Shown here: one piece after another, positions 34,819-47,359 of the stretch | Layout: the number at the start of each line of letters is the position of its first letter | Numbering within the stretch: the stretch's first letter is position 1 | From: an uncultured Planctomycetota bacterium | GTDB taxonomy: Bacteria; Planctomycetota; PLA2; JAEUHO01 | Length of the DNA stretch: 64,000 nucleotides | Direction of reading: 5' to 3' | Assembly (NCBI GenBank): GCA_963752285.1 | Contig: CAVVXN010000005.1 | Span: 736,001 to 800,000 of the forward strand | Notes under the pieces: model-generated | Told to the model about the DNA's origin: nothing | What the model saw: only the letters and a program-made list of their open reading frames with translations | Database searches by the model: none | Position numbers and translations under genes: made by a program

Positions 34819-35817
34819 ATGCACCCCACATCTGAAGCCCTTCTTCAGAGCGCCGCGTCGCCTGGCCCGCGACCGAGGTCCCGGTCCATCGGGTGGCGGG
34901 TCCCGCTGGCCCTCGCCGGCGCCCTCCTCGTCCTCGCCGCGTGCGGGAAGGACGGCGCGTCGGGGGACCGCGGCGGCGCGTTCGTGAACCCGACCTTCCC
35001 GGACGGCCCCCTCCAGGGGCAGGTCTACGGCCAGGAGATCTGGCTCACGTACTTCGATCCGCCCCACGCCCGCTACGGCCGCCGCGTGAACCGGACGAAG
35101 GAGGCGGCGCTCGCCCTCGCCCGCGATCTTCGCGAGCGGGTGAAGCGAGGCGAGGACATCGGCACGCTCGCGCGGAGCTTCAGCAACGCGCAGGGCGGGG
35201 TGGCGGACGGATGGACGGGGGTGCTCCCCCTGGATCCCGGGCACCCGACGATCCGCGAGCGCGCCCTCGCCTCCGTACGACCCGGCGAGGTCACGCCGAT
35301 CGTGGACTGGCTCGGGGGCTTCTGGTTCGGGAAGCGCGCCGACGAGACGACCGGGAAGCGGCTCGAGGCGGAGTTCCACCGACTCGCGCGCCTGCGCGTC
35401 TCCTTCCGGGCGATCGTGATGGTCTACCGAGGATCGTGGATGCCCGACACCGCCCTTCGCGAACAGGTCACCCGCTCGAAGGAGGACGCCCTGCGCCTCG
35501 CACGAGCGCTCATCGTGCGCCTCCAGTCCGGCGAGCGCTTCGAGGACCTTGCGAAGCAGTACTCGAACGACGGTGCGAGCGCGGCGAACGGCGGGCTGGT
35601 CACGGTCCAACCGCCCGGCGGGGGCGGGCCGCCGACGCCCTGGATCCCCATGAACCACCCGAGCATCCCCGAGAGCGTGATGAAGGTCGTGCTCGAGGAC
35701 GATCCCGGGACCCTGCACCCCGAGCCGATCGTGAGCGAGCGAGGCGTGTTCGTGATCCGGACCGAGGGCCGGAAGGAGGTGGACGAGCCGGCGCCCGCCG
35801 CGAGCGCCCCTCAATAG
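34819..35817 (+). CDS. Parvulin (PpiC-type) peptidyl-prolyl isomerase lipoprotein with two rotamase domains
   Basis: Lipobox LAA|C. Two copies of R(T/S)KE.AL.LA..L..R...GE....LA...SN....GG. PIVSERGVFVI. Confidence 0.85.
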   Translation: MHPTSEALLQSAASPGPRPRSRSIGWRVPLALAGALLVLAACGKDGASGDRGGAFVNPTFPDGPLQGQVYGQEIWLTYFDPPHARYGRRVNRTKEAALALARDLRERVKRGEDIGTLARSFSNAQGGVADGWTGVLPLDPGHPTIRERALASVRPGEVTPIVDWLGGFWFGKRADETTGKRLEAEFHRLARLRVSFRAIVMVYRGSWMPDTALREQVTRSKEDALRLARALIVRLQSGERFEDLAKQYSNDGASAANGGLVTVQPPGGGGPPTPWIPMNHPSIPESVMKVVLEDDPGTLHPEPIVSERGVFVIRTEGRKEVDEPAPAASAPQ

Positions 35818-36284
35818 CGGCGCGCGTCCGGCCGGCGCGCCCAGCGGAGGAGCACCTCCTCCGCGCCGGGCCGAGGGAGGTGGACCTGGGGCGTCTGGCG
35901 CGCGTCGGGCGCGCGCAGGAACTCGGCGTAGAAGCGGGCGTCGTCGAACCCGGCCCGCGCCGCGCCCGCACGGTCCACGGCGTAGACGATCCGATCCACG
36001 CGTGCCCACCAGGCGGCGCCGAGGCACATCGGGCAGGGCTCCGACGACGCGTACAGGACGGCGCCGCAGAGCAGCGGGGTGCCGAGGCGCGCCGCGGCCT
36101 CGCGGAGCGCGAGGATCTCGGCGTGGGCCGTTGGGTCGGAGAGCCCGAGGACGCGGTTTCGGCCCCGGCCGACGACGCGGCCCTCCATCGCCACGACGGC
36201 GCCGAAGGGTCCCCCCTCGTCGGACGCGAGGGCTTCCCGCGCCAGGTCGATCGCCTCGTCGAGCAGCGCCTCGTCGGTGGACAC
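35811..36284 (-). CDS. Nucleoside/guanine deaminase (cytidine deaminase-like family)
   Basis: GGPFGAVV, N.V....DPTAHAE, LY.S.EPCPMCLGA..WAR, A..AGFDD..FY (GuaD-like). Start codon uncertain. Confidence 0.9.
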   Translation of the reverse strand: MSTDEALLDEAIDLAREALASDEGGPFGAVVAMEGRVVGRGRNRVLGLSDPTAHAEILALREAAARLGTPLLCGAVLYASSEPCPMCLGAAWWARVDRIVYAVDRAGAARAGFDDARFYAEFLRAPDARQTPQVHLPRPGAEEVLLRWARRPDARRY

Positions 36285-36361
36285 GGGACGAGGCGTACCC
36301 GGCCCGACGGGAACGCGCAAGGCCGCGGTACGATCCGCCGCGACCGATCGGAGGGGTCGCG

Positions 36362-37531
36362 ATGTCATCGCCCTACGCGCCCACGGCCGCCGAGCAGGAG
36401 GAGTGCCTCGCGACGCGTCGCGACGTGCACCGTCACCCGGAGCTCAAGTACGAGGAGCACCGGACCGCGGCGCTCGTGGCCGAGCGACTGCGGAGCCTCG
36501 GCTACGAGCCCCGCACCGGGGTGGGGGGGACCGGCGTCACGGCGGTGACCGAAGGCCGGGCGCCGGGGCCGACGGTCCTCCTTCGCGCCGACATGGACGC
36601 GTTGCCGATCGAAGAGCAGAACGAGGTCCCGTACCGCTCCGAGGCGTCCGGTCGGATGCACGCCTGCGGTCACGACTGTCACGTCGCCGTCGCCCTCGCC
36701 GCCGCGCGGGTGCTCCGGCGGCTGCCGCCGGCGCGCGGACGCGTGAAGCTCTGCTTCCAGCCCGCCGAGGAGGGCGGGAACGGCGCCAAGGCGATGATCG
36801 ACGACGGCGTGCTCGACGACCCCGCGGTGGACGCGGTGTTCGGGCTCCACGTGTGGAACCACCTCCCCGTCGGGAAGGTGGCCGTCACGCCCGGGCCCTT
36901 CATGGGGGCGATCGACCGCTTCCGCGTGCGCGTGGTGGGGCAGGGGGGGCACGGTGCGGTCCCGAACGAGTCGCGCGACCCGGTCCTGGCCGCCGCCCAC
37001 GTGATCACGGCGCTGCAGCAGATCGTCTCGCGGAACGTGGACCCGCTCGAGGGCGCCGTCGTGACGGTGGGGCGCGTGCGGGGCGGCGATGCCTTCAACG
37101 TGATTCCCGACGCCGTCGAGCTCGAGGGCACGATGCGGTCGTTCTCGAGCTCGGTGTGGGCCGCGCTTCCCGGGCACCTCGAGCGGGCCGCGACGCGGAC
37201 GGCCGAGGCGTACGGCTGTCGCGCGGAGGTCGAGGTGGACCGCCTGATGCGGGCGACGGTGAACGCGCCCGAGATGGCCGACCTGGTTCGGGAGGTCGCC
37301 GCGGGCGTGGTGGGGGGCGACAACGTCGTCTCGCTGCGCACGTTCACGAGCGAGGACTTCTCGGAGTTCCTGGAGCGGCGACCCGGGTGCTTCTTCTTCG
37401 TCGGGTCGAGGAACGAGTCCCTGGGAAGGGTGCATCCGCACCACTCGCCCCGCTTCGACGTGGACGAGAGCGTCCTGCCCCTCGCGACCGAGCTCCTGGT
37501 CGGCGTGGCGCGCCGGTACCTCGAGGCATGA
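36362..37531 (+). CDS. M20 family amidohydrolase (M20D/Acy1-like)
   Basis: RR..H.HPEL..EE..T, LRADMDALP, MHACGHD.H, FQPAEEG, G.GGHGA, SEDFS, PHHSP.F. Confidence 0.95.
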   Translation: MSSPYAPTAAEQEECLATRRDVHRHPELKYEEHRTAALVAERLRSLGYEPRTGVGGTGVTAVTEGRAPGPTVLLRADMDALPIEEQNEVPYRSEASGRMHACGHDCHVAVALAAARVLRRLPPARGRVKLCFQPAEEGGNGAKAMIDDGVLDDPAVDAVFGLHVWNHLPVGKVAVTPGPFMGAIDRFRVRVVGQGGHGAVPNESRDPVLAAAHVITALQQIVSRNVDPLEGAVVTVGRVRGGDAFNVIPDAVELEGTMRSFSSSVWAALPGHLERAATRTAEAYGCRAEVEVDRLMRATVNAPEMADLVREVAAGVVGGDNVVSLRTFTSEDFSEFLERRPGCFFFVGSRNESLGRVHPHHSPRFDVDESVLPLATELLVGVARRYLEA

Positions 37532-39060
37532 CGCTCGGGCCGCGCGACACCGATCCGGCGGTCGTGTGTCCCGCCTCGGCCGAGGCGCTGGAGGAGATCC
37601 AGCTCCTCGTGAAGGCGCGCCAGCCCCTGCTGGTGGTCGAGACGTGGGAGGAGGATCGGCTCGAGGAGACGCTCAAGGAGGCGGCCGAGAAGCTGCACGT
37701 CCCGTATCACGTCTGGTCGATCACGGGCGGCCTTCGGATCGAGGGTGGCGCGCACGAGCTCTACGACACGAAGGCGCCCCTCCGCGCGCTCGACAACCTG
37801 CCGTCGATGGGGGACGAGGGCATTTGGCTCTTCAAGGACCTCCAGCACTTCCTGAGCCGGGCGGACGTCGTGCGACGGTTGCTGGACCTGTGTCGCCTGC
37901 GCCCCGAGCAGCACCGTACGCTCGTGCTCTCCGGTCCGGTGATCGACCTTCCCGCGGAGCTCGCGAAGGTGGGGATGCCGGTCCGCCTGTCGCCGCCGAC
38001 GGACGCCGAGCTCCGCATGCTCGTGGCGCGGGTCGTGCGCGACCTCGCCCGCCGTCAGCGCGTCCGCGTGGACCTGAGCGACGACGATACGCGACGCCTG
38101 GTCTCGGGCCTGAAGGGCCTCACGTACGACGAGGCCGCCCGCGCGGTCGCGCGCGTGGTGCTCGACGACGGCGCCCTGACGGGCGCGGACGTCGCGACGG
38201 TCCAGGCCATCAAGCGTTCGAGCCTCGAGGCCGGCGGCGTCGTGAGCTACGTGCCGCCCGACCCGAGGGGCGTCGAGGTCGGCGGGTTCGACGCGTTCAA
38301 GCGCTGGCTGTCGAAGCGGGTGAAGGCGTTCTCGCCCGAGGCCGAGGCGTTCGGTCTGACGCCTCCGAAGGGGGTCGTGCTCCTCGGGGTGCAGGGCTGC
38401 GGCAAGACGCTCGCCGCGCGGCTCGTCGCCGCGACCTGGGGCCTGCCGCTCCTGAAGCTCGAGCCCGGCCGGCTCTACGACAAGTTCATCGGCGAGTCCG
38501 AGAAGCGGCTCGACGGCGCGCTCGACACGTCCGAGACGCTCGCTCCCTGCGTGCTCCTCATCGACGAGGTGGAGAAGGGCTTCGCCGCCACGGGAGGTTC
38601 CGACGTGGACGGGGGGCTCTCGCGTCGCATCTTCGGCCGACTCCTCGGCTGGTTGCAGGAACGCCGCTCCGCCGTCTTCGTCGTGGCGACGTCGAACGAC
38701 GTGGCGGCCCTCCCGCCGGAGCTCCTCCGCAAGGGTCGTTTCGACGAGGTCTTCTTCGTGGACCTGCCGGACGAGGAGGAGCGGCGCGAGATCTTCTCGC
38801 TCCACCTCCGGCGCCGCGACCGTGACCCGGCCGCGTTCGACCTCCCGCGCCTCGCGAAGGTCGCCCAGGGGTTCAGCGGCGCCGAGATCGAGCAAGCCAT
38901 CGTGAGCGCGCTCTACACGGTCTTCGCCGCCGGCCAGCGGCTCGACACGGACGCGATCGCGGCCGAGATCTCGGCGACGCGTCCTCTCTCCGTCCTCCGC
39001 GCCGAGGACGTGGCGCGCCTCCGCGCGTGGGCCGCCGGCCGCGCGGTCCCGGCGCGCTGA
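37528..39060 (+). CDS. AAA+ ATPase, Ycf46-like
   Basis: ATGA overlap. N-terminal PLL.VETWEE.R and degenerate first domain (FKDL.HFL), Walker A GVQGCGKT, Walker B LLIDEVEK, LPPELLRKGRFDE.FFVDLP, LR.WA..RAVPA. Confidence 0.92.
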   Translation: MTLGPRDTDPAVVCPASAEALEEIQLLVKARQPLLVVETWEEDRLEETLKEAAEKLHVPYHVWSITGGLRIEGGAHELYDTKAPLRALDNLPSMGDEGIWLFKDLQHFLSRADVVRRLLDLCRLRPEQHRTLVLSGPVIDLPAELAKVGMPVRLSPPTDAELRMLVARVVRDLARRQRVRVDLSDDDTRRLVSGLKGLTYDEAARAVARVVLDDGALTGADVATVQAIKRSSLEAGGVVSYVPPDPRGVEVGGFDAFKRWLSKRVKAFSPEAEAFGLTPPKGVVLLGVQGCGKTLAARLVAATWGLPLLKLEPGRLYDKFIGESEKRLDGALDTSETLAPCVLLIDEVEKGFAATGGSDVDGGLSRRIFGRLLGWLQERRSAVFVVATSNDVAALPPELLRKGRFDEVFFVDLPDEEERREIFSLHLRRRDRDPAAFDLPRLAKVAQGFSGAEIEQAIVSALYTVFAAGQRLDTDAIAAEISATRPLSVLRAEDVARLRAWAAGRAVPAR

Positions 39061-39544
39061 CCCGGCGCCCGCCCGCGCCCCGGCCCGCCGCGCCTTTGCC
39101 CGCAGCGCCTCCACCCGCCGCGCCCCGGCCCGTCGTGCCCGCGCCAGCGCGACGCCGGCTCGCGCCGAGGAACCGACGCCCGCCCCCCGGGCCGGATCGC
39201 CTCCGTCCGGCACGCCCCGAATCGTGCGAGGCGCCCCCTCCGGACGCCCGGCGACCCCGCGGGCCGTCGAGACGACGCGGAGGGCGAGGACGCGCCCGAC
39301 CGACGACGGGACCCGGCGGCCGTCTTCGACGGCGGGCGCCCGGGATACGCAGGTTCCGGGCTGGGGCGGTCCCCGGGACCGAACACCCTCCGGGCCACGG
39401 ACCCACCGGAGAGGCCCCCCCCACAGGTTCCCGAGCCCGGAGCCGGGGCCCCCGGACCCGGTCCCGCCGGGTGGTGGCGAGGGGGCGGACGTGGTACGGT
39501 CCCGGGCTCGCCCGGGCGGGGGGCGGATCGAGGGAGGGCGCGGG

Positions 39545-39772
39545 ATGGCGGTGATGCGGGTCGTGGATCTCGCCGCGTCTTCGCGGCGCGGGTTCGACGA
39601 AGCGGTCCGAAACGCGCTCGACGAGGCTCGGCTCGCGGAGGCCGCGGCGCCGGGCGGCCGCGAGCAGGTGCGGAGAGCCTGGCTGAACGAGCTCTCGGTG
39701 CGCGTCAAGGACGGCCGGATCGACGAGTACTCGGTCCAGGTGAAGGTCACGCTCGCGCCCGGCGTCGTCTGA
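39545..39772 (+). CDS. Dodecin-family small protein
   Basis: GGAGG RBS. MAV.RVV.L.ASS..GFDEAV..AL..A ... AW..E..V.V.DGRI.EY.V..KVT pattern. Confidence 0.8.
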   Translation: MAVMRVVDLAASSRRGFDEAVRNALDEARLAEAAAPGGREQVRRAWLNELSVRVKDGRIDEYSVQVKVTLAPGVV

Positions 39773-39818
39773 GGGCCTGTCCGGGGCGATTCTTTGCGCG
39801 GCGGAGACGCCGTTGGCC

Positions 39819-40613
39819 ATGCCGACCGATCCCGACCTTCCCGCCGCGCCTTCCTCGAAGATCGCGGCCGACCTCCGGGACGCCCTCCGACGCGTGCGTT
39901 CCGTGGGCGTCATCACGGGTGCCGGCATCTCGGCGGAGTCGGGCATCCCCACGTACCGCGGGGTGGGGGGGATCTACGCCGATCCCGCCGAGGGCGACCG
40001 GACGGTGGAGGCGTTGTCGGGCCCGACGCTCGCGCGCGACCCGGACCGCACGTGGCGCGCGGTGGCCGACCTCGCGCGCCGCGCCCTCAACGCACGACCG
40101 AACGCCGCGCACCAAGCCCTCGTCGCGATCGAGGACGCGGTCCCGACGTTCACGTTGTTGACGCAGAACGTGGACGGCCTCCATCGGATCGCGGGCAGTC
40201 GTAACGTGATCGAGATCCACGGGGACGTGCTCGACACGCGGTGCACGGCGTGCGAGGCACGCGGCCGCCTCGAACGCGAGACGCTCGCCGCGCTCGAGGG
40301 TACGCCGCGGTGCCCGCGCTGCGGCGGGGGCCTGCGCCCCGACGCCGTTCTCTTCGACGAGATGCTCCCCATCGCGAAGGTCGTGGCGCTGAGAGAAGCC
40401 TTCTACGTGAACGTGCCCGACCTCGTGCTCGTGGTCGGGACCACCGCGCTCTTTCCCTACATCTCCGAGCCCGTGCACCTCGCCGCGCGGGCCGGCCGCC
40501 TGACGGTCGAGGTGAACGTCGGGCCGACCCCCCTCACGACGAGCGTCCGGCACCACCTGCGCGGCCCCGCGAGCGTCTGGGTCCCGAGGATCGCCGCGGC
40601 GCTCGGGCCCTGA
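39819..40613 (+). CDS. cobB: NAD-dependent protein deacylase, Sir2/CobB family
   Basis: TGAGISAESGIPTYRG, PN.AH, TQNVDGLH..AGS, EIHG, CxxC...CxxC, LRPD.VLF.E, VVGT. Confidence 0.93.
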   Translation: MPTDPDLPAAPSSKIAADLRDALRRVRSVGVITGAGISAESGIPTYRGVGGIYADPAEGDRTVEALSGPTLARDPDRTWRAVADLARRALNARPNAAHQALVAIEDAVPTFTLLTQNVDGLHRIAGSRNVIEIHGDVLDTRCTACEARGRLERETLAALEGTPRCPRCGGGLRPDAVLFDEMLPIAKVVALREAFYVNVPDLVLVVGTTALFPYISEPVHLAARAGRLTVEVNVGPTPLTTSVRHHLRGPASVWVPRIAAALGP

Positions 40614-40685
40614 GCGCGCGCGATTCGCGCAGAAGTCGGGGTGGCGACGGCGGGTCCGTAGAGTAGGTGGACCTCGGAGGATGCC

Positions 40686-43355
<2,670 letters not shown>

Positions 43356-43386
43356 GGGACGGGGCCCGCCGCGGTCCGGGGAAGCC

Positions 43387-44106
43387 TCAGCGGGCCCGGA
43401 ACAGGCCGTACTTCGCGAGGCAGACGATCGCGCGGACGCCGTCGCGCCAGCCGATCTTCTTGCCCTCCCGGTAGGTCCGACCGTGATACGAGATGCCGAC
43501 CTCGTAGATCCGCACGCCCTCGACGCGCGCCATCTTCGCGGTGACCTCCGGCTCGAATCCGAATCGGTCCTCTCGGAGCGAGAGCCCCTTCAGCACGGGC
43601 GCGCGGAACATCTTGTAGCAGGTCTCGAGATCGGTCAGGTTCAGGTTCGTCACGGCGTTCGCGAGGAAGGTGAGGAGACGGTTTCCGATCGAGTGCCAGA
43701 AGAAGAGGATCCGGTGCGGACGTCCGCCCATGAACCGCGATCCGTACACGACGTCCGCGCGATCCTCGAGGAGCGGCCGCAGGAGGAGGTTCAGCTCGCG
43801 CGGGTCGTACTCGAGGTCCGCGTCCTGGACGACGAGGAAGTCCCCCGTGGCCCGCGCGATCGCCGTCCGGATCGCGGCGCCCTTCCCGCGGTTCCGGTCG
43901 TGACGCACGGCGACGACCGGCGCCCCGGGCCGCGCGGAGAGCACGCCCTGGAGGCGCTCCCACGTGGCGTCGGAGGACCCGTCGTCCACCACGACGATCT
44001 CGCGCTCGACGCCGGCCTCGAGCGCGACCGTGAGCAGGGTCTCGAGCACGCGCGGGAGAGTGTCCTCCTCGTCGTAGACCGGCACGAGCACCGAGAGCGT
44101 GGGCAC
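43387..44106 (-). CDS. Glycosyltransferase family 2 (polyprenol-phosphate sugar synthase, DPM1-like)
   Basis: AGGAGG before the GTG. LSVLVPVY.E, VDDGSSD, N.GKGAA, QDADLEYDP, LTD.ETCYK, FGFEPE.TAK, EGKKI.W.DG. Confidence 0.93.
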   Translation of the reverse strand: MPTLSVLVPVYDEEDTLPRVLETLLTVALEAGVEREIVVVDDGSSDATWERLQGVLSARPGAPVVAVRHDRNRGKGAAIRTAIARATGDFLVVQDADLEYDPRELNLLLRPLLEDRADVVYGSRFMGGRPHRILFFWHSIGNRLLTFLANAVTNLNLTDLETCYKMFRAPVLKGLSLREDRFGFEPEVTAKMARVEGVRIYEVGISYHGRTYREGKKIGWRDGVRAIVCLAKYGLFRAR

Positions 44107-44171
44107 CGTCGTCCTCCTGTCCCGGGGCGATTCCATACCACGCGGGGCGTCCCGTGCCCCGTGGGAGCGCC

Positions 44172-46190
44172 GTGAGCGTCGTCCGGCCGGCCGTCGGGGG
44201 GCGTCGGGTCGCGACCGTCGTGGTCCTGCTCGCGATCCTCGGCCTCGCGGGCGTCCTGCGGATCGGACGGCCGGGCCTCGTCGAGTTCCGGCGCGACGAG
44301 GCGAACCTCTCCCGCCTCGCCCTCGACATGGCGCGGGGGCACGGGGTCGCGCTGCTCGGCATCGGGTCGTCGATCGGGGTACCGAACCCGCCCGCGAGCG
44401 TGTGGGTGATGGTCCCGCCGTTCCTCCTCGGGAACGACCCCGTCCTCGCGACGTCCTGGGTCGGGTTCGTGAACGTGCTCGGCGTGCTGCTCCTCTTCCT
44501 CTTCGCGCGGCGCTACGCGGGAACGCCGGCCGCGCTCGTGGCGGCGGCCCTCTTCGCGGCCGGACCGTGGCCCGTCCTGTTCTCACGCAAGATCTGGGCG
44601 CAGGACATGCTGCCGCCGCTCGCGATCCTCGTCGTGTGGACGGGGATCCGCGGCTTCCTGGAGGACCGGCCGCTCTCGCGGTTCCTCCACCTGCCCCTCC
44701 TCGCCTTGGCGGGACAGGTCCACTACGCCGCGATCGTGCTCGTGCCCGTGTCCGCGTACCTGGTCTTCGCGCGGCGCCGCCTCGACCGACCGCTCGTGCT
44801 CGGCACGGCCGCGGCGGTGCTCTCGTTCGCGCCGTTCGCGTACGGCGGTCTCCGGGCGCTCGCCGCCGTCCCCTGGCTCGCAGGCGAGGTCCTGCGGCAC
44901 CCGGTCGCGGGCCACGCCCTCGGTCTCTCCGCCGAGTCGTTCGCGCTGTTCGCGCGCGCCGTCGGCGGCGCGGGGGCGACGGCGTTGGTGCTGGGCGAAG
45001 AGGCCGCACGGGCGCCCGTGCTCCTCGACCTCGCCGAGCCGGTCTTCGTCGCGCTCGGCCTCCTTGCGGTCGTCGCGGCCGGTTGGCTCGTCGTCCGCGC
45101 GGCGCGGCGCGGCGGAGCGGATCGGCGCGTGGACCGCGCGCTCGCCGTCTGGCTCCTGGCCGCGCCGCTCGCGTTCGTCGTCACGTGGGTGCCCGCGCAG
45201 ACCCACTACCTGATCCCGGTGCTCCCGGTGGCGTACCTCGCCGTCGCGATCCTCGGTCGGGACCTCCTCCGCGCCTTCGCCCGACGCCGGGGCGGCGCGG
45301 CGTGGACCGCCGCGGCCGCGGCGACCGCGACCGCCGGCGTCGTGCTCCTCGCCGCCGCGGCCTCCTGGACGCTCCTGGACACCGTCTCCGCGCGGGCGAC
45401 CCCGGGCGGGTTCGGCGTGCCGCTCGGCGCGCGGATCGAGGTGCGCGACCGCGTCCTCGCGGCGCGGCCCGCGCACCTGCTCGTGCGCGCGGGCGGACAG
45501 GACGTGTGGATGGACGAGGAGACCTCGGTGTGGGACGCGGTCTTCTCGGGTCTCGCGGACGTGCGGTTCGTCCCGCCGGGGGTCGAGGTGCGCCCGGCCG
45601 AGGCAACACTCCTCCTCGCCGAGGGATGCGACGGCCCCGGGGAGCGGATCCCCCTCGGCCCGCCGGGCGCCGGGGGCGTTCCCCGCGCGTGCGTACGCCT
45701 CCTCCGCGTGGGGCCGCGCGGTGCGGACCGCCCCGCGGACCTCGCGGCCGACGTCACGCCCCTCGACCTCCCCTCGTTCGCCGTCGGGGCCCGACTCGTC
45801 GGCGTCCGTCGCGACGCGTCGCGCGGCCGCCTGGACCTCGTCTGGCGGCTCCCCGGCGCGCGGACGGGGCCTTTGCGGGACGACTTCTCGGTCGGGCTCG
45901 ACCTCCGGGACGCCGCGGGGCACTCCGTCGCGACCGTCGATCGCGACTTCTGGTGGGGGCGCTGGTGGCGCCCAGAGGACGTGGTGACCCTCCACGTGGA
46001 CCTCGGCGACGCCCGACCGGACGGGGCTGCGACGGCCCCGTCCCTCCTGGCCGCCGCGCGGACCGTCGCGGTCCGACTCCGGACGACCGAGCCCGCGCCG
46101 GGAGGGCCGCGCGTGCACGAGGTGGGCGGGATCGGGTCGGACGGCAGGCCGACGGGACCCTCGCTCGTCGTCGAGCTTCCGGGGCGGTGA
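44172..46190 (+). CDS. Multi-pass membrane glycosyltransferase, ArnT/PMT (GT-C) like
   Basis: EF..DEA in the first loop, G..SS.G.PNPP, FSRKIWAQD.LP, many hydrophobic helices, extracytoplasmic C-terminal domain. Confidence 0.8.
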   Translation: MSVVRPAVGGRRVATVVVLLAILGLAGVLRIGRPGLVEFRRDEANLSRLALDMARGHGVALLGIGSSIGVPNPPASVWVMVPPFLLGNDPVLATSWVGFVNVLGVLLLFLFARRYAGTPAALVAAALFAAGPWPVLFSRKIWAQDMLPPLAILVVWTGIRGFLEDRPLSRFLHLPLLALAGQVHYAAIVLVPVSAYLVFARRRLDRPLVLGTAAAVLSFAPFAYGGLRALAAVPWLAGEVLRHPVAGHALGLSAESFALFARAVGGAGATALVLGEEAARAPVLLDLAEPVFVALGLLAVVAAGWLVVRAARRGGADRRVDRALAVWLLAAPLAFVVTWVPAQTHYLIPVLPVAYLAVAILGRDLLRAFARRRGGAAWTAAAAATATAGVVLLAAAASWTLLDTVSARATPGGFGVPLGARIEVRDRVLAARPAHLLVRAGGQDVWMDEETSVWDAVFSGLADVRFVPPGVEVRPAEATLLLAEGCDGPGERIPLGPPGAGGVPRACVRLLRVGPRGADRPADLAADVTPLDLPSFAVGARLVGVRRDASRGRLDLVWRLPGARTGPLRDDFSVGLDLRDAAGHSVATVDRDFWWGRWWRPEDVVTLHVDLGDARPDGAATAPSLLAAARTVAVRLRTTEPAPGGPRVHEVGGIGSDGRPTGPSLVVELPGR

Positions 46191-46245
46191 GGCGGGGGCG
46201 GGGCGCCGCGGGCCGTCCCCCCCGGGGACTACCCTCTTCGCCCCG

Positions 46246-47340
46246 ATGTCGATCGACCGCCCTCCCGTGGGGATGGGTGCTCCGGGCGTCCGCCCCGCGC
46301 CGCGCGGGCGCGGCGTCGCGGAGAACCCGCCGAACCGCTTCACCGAGATCCACGTCGAGCTCGACGACGACGCGCCCGTGGACGAGCGGCCTCGGACCGT
46401 CTACCTCGAGGACCACGCGCGTTCCATCCTCGTCGCGAACGACAGCCCGGACGTGGGCTTTCGCGTGGGCTTGAACCCGTACCGCGGCTGCGAGCACGGC
46501 TGCTCGTACTGCTACGCGCGGCCGTACCACGAGTACCTCGGCTTCTCCGCGGGCCTCGACTTCGAGACGAAGATCCTCGTCAAGACCGACGCGCCCGTCC
46601 TCCTCGAAGCGGCGCTGGGGAACCCGCGATGGGCGCCCGAGCCGATCGGCCTCTCGGGCGTCACCGACTGCTACCAGCCGGTGGAACGGAGGCTCGGCCT
46701 CACGCGCGCGTGCCTCGAGGTCCTGGCCCGGTTCCGGAACCCGGTCGGCGTCATCACGAAGAGCGCGCTCGTGACCCGCGACCTCGACGTGCTCGGCGTG
46801 CTGGCCCGGGACGACGCCGCGAGCGTCTGCCTCACGGTGACGACGCTCGAGCCCGACCTCGCGGCGCGTCTGGAGCCACGGGCGGCCCGCCCCGCGGCGC
46901 GACTCGAGGCCGTCGCCCGCCTCCGGGAGGCGGGGGTCCCCGTGGGCGTCGCGGTGGCGCCGGTGATCCCGGGGCTCACCGACCACGAGATCCCGAGGAT
47001 CCTCGCCGCCGCCGCCGAGGCGGGGGCGCGCGCGGCGTTCTACACGGTGCTGCGCCTGCCCCACGCGGTGAAGGAGCTGTTTCCCGCGTGGCTCGAACGG
47101 CACGAGCCCCTCCGTCGAAGCCGCGTGCTCGCGCGCCTCGCGTCGCTGCGCCACGGCGCGTACGACGACGGTCGCTTCGGGATTCGGATGCGCGGCGAGG
47201 GGCCGTACGCGGAGCAGATCCGGGGACTGTTCGAAGCGGGCTGCCGGCGCGCGGGACTCGCGACCGGGCTCCCGCGGCTCTCGACGCGCGCCTTCCGTCG
47301 CCCGGAGGGAGAGCGGCAGGGGCGCCTCTTCGCGTGTTGA
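46246..47340 (+). CDS. Radical SAM protein, PA0069/Rv2578c (spore photoproduct lyase-like) family
   Basis: GRG...NP.NRF, N.SPDV.F...NPYRGCEHGCSYCYAR (CxxxCxxC), GLDFETKI, TD.YQP.E, AP.IPGL.D.E. Confidence 0.93.
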   Translation: MSIDRPPVGMGAPGVRPAPRGRGVAENPPNRFTEIHVELDDDAPVDERPRTVYLEDHARSILVANDSPDVGFRVGLNPYRGCEHGCSYCYARPYHEYLGFSAGLDFETKILVKTDAPVLLEAALGNPRWAPEPIGLSGVTDCYQPVERRLGLTRACLEVLARFRNPVGVITKSALVTRDLDVLGVLARDDAASVCLTVTTLEPDLAARLEPRAARPAARLEAVARLREAGVPVGVAVAPVIPGLTDHEIPRILAAAAEAGARAAFYTVLRLPHAVKELFPAWLERHEPLRRSRVLARLASLRHGAYDDGRFGIRMRGEGPYAEQIRGLFEAGCRRAGLATGLPRLSTRAFRRPEGERQGRLFAC

Positions 47341-47359
47341 GGCGAACGCGCCGGCTCGG

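Noticed and set aside
46214..46235. PafBC-type promoter (TGTCGG-N10-TAnnnT) upstream of the radical SAM gene
   Set aside because: Only CGTCCC-N10-TACCCT is present, a 3/6 match in the upstream element. Too weak to claim in GC-rich DNA.
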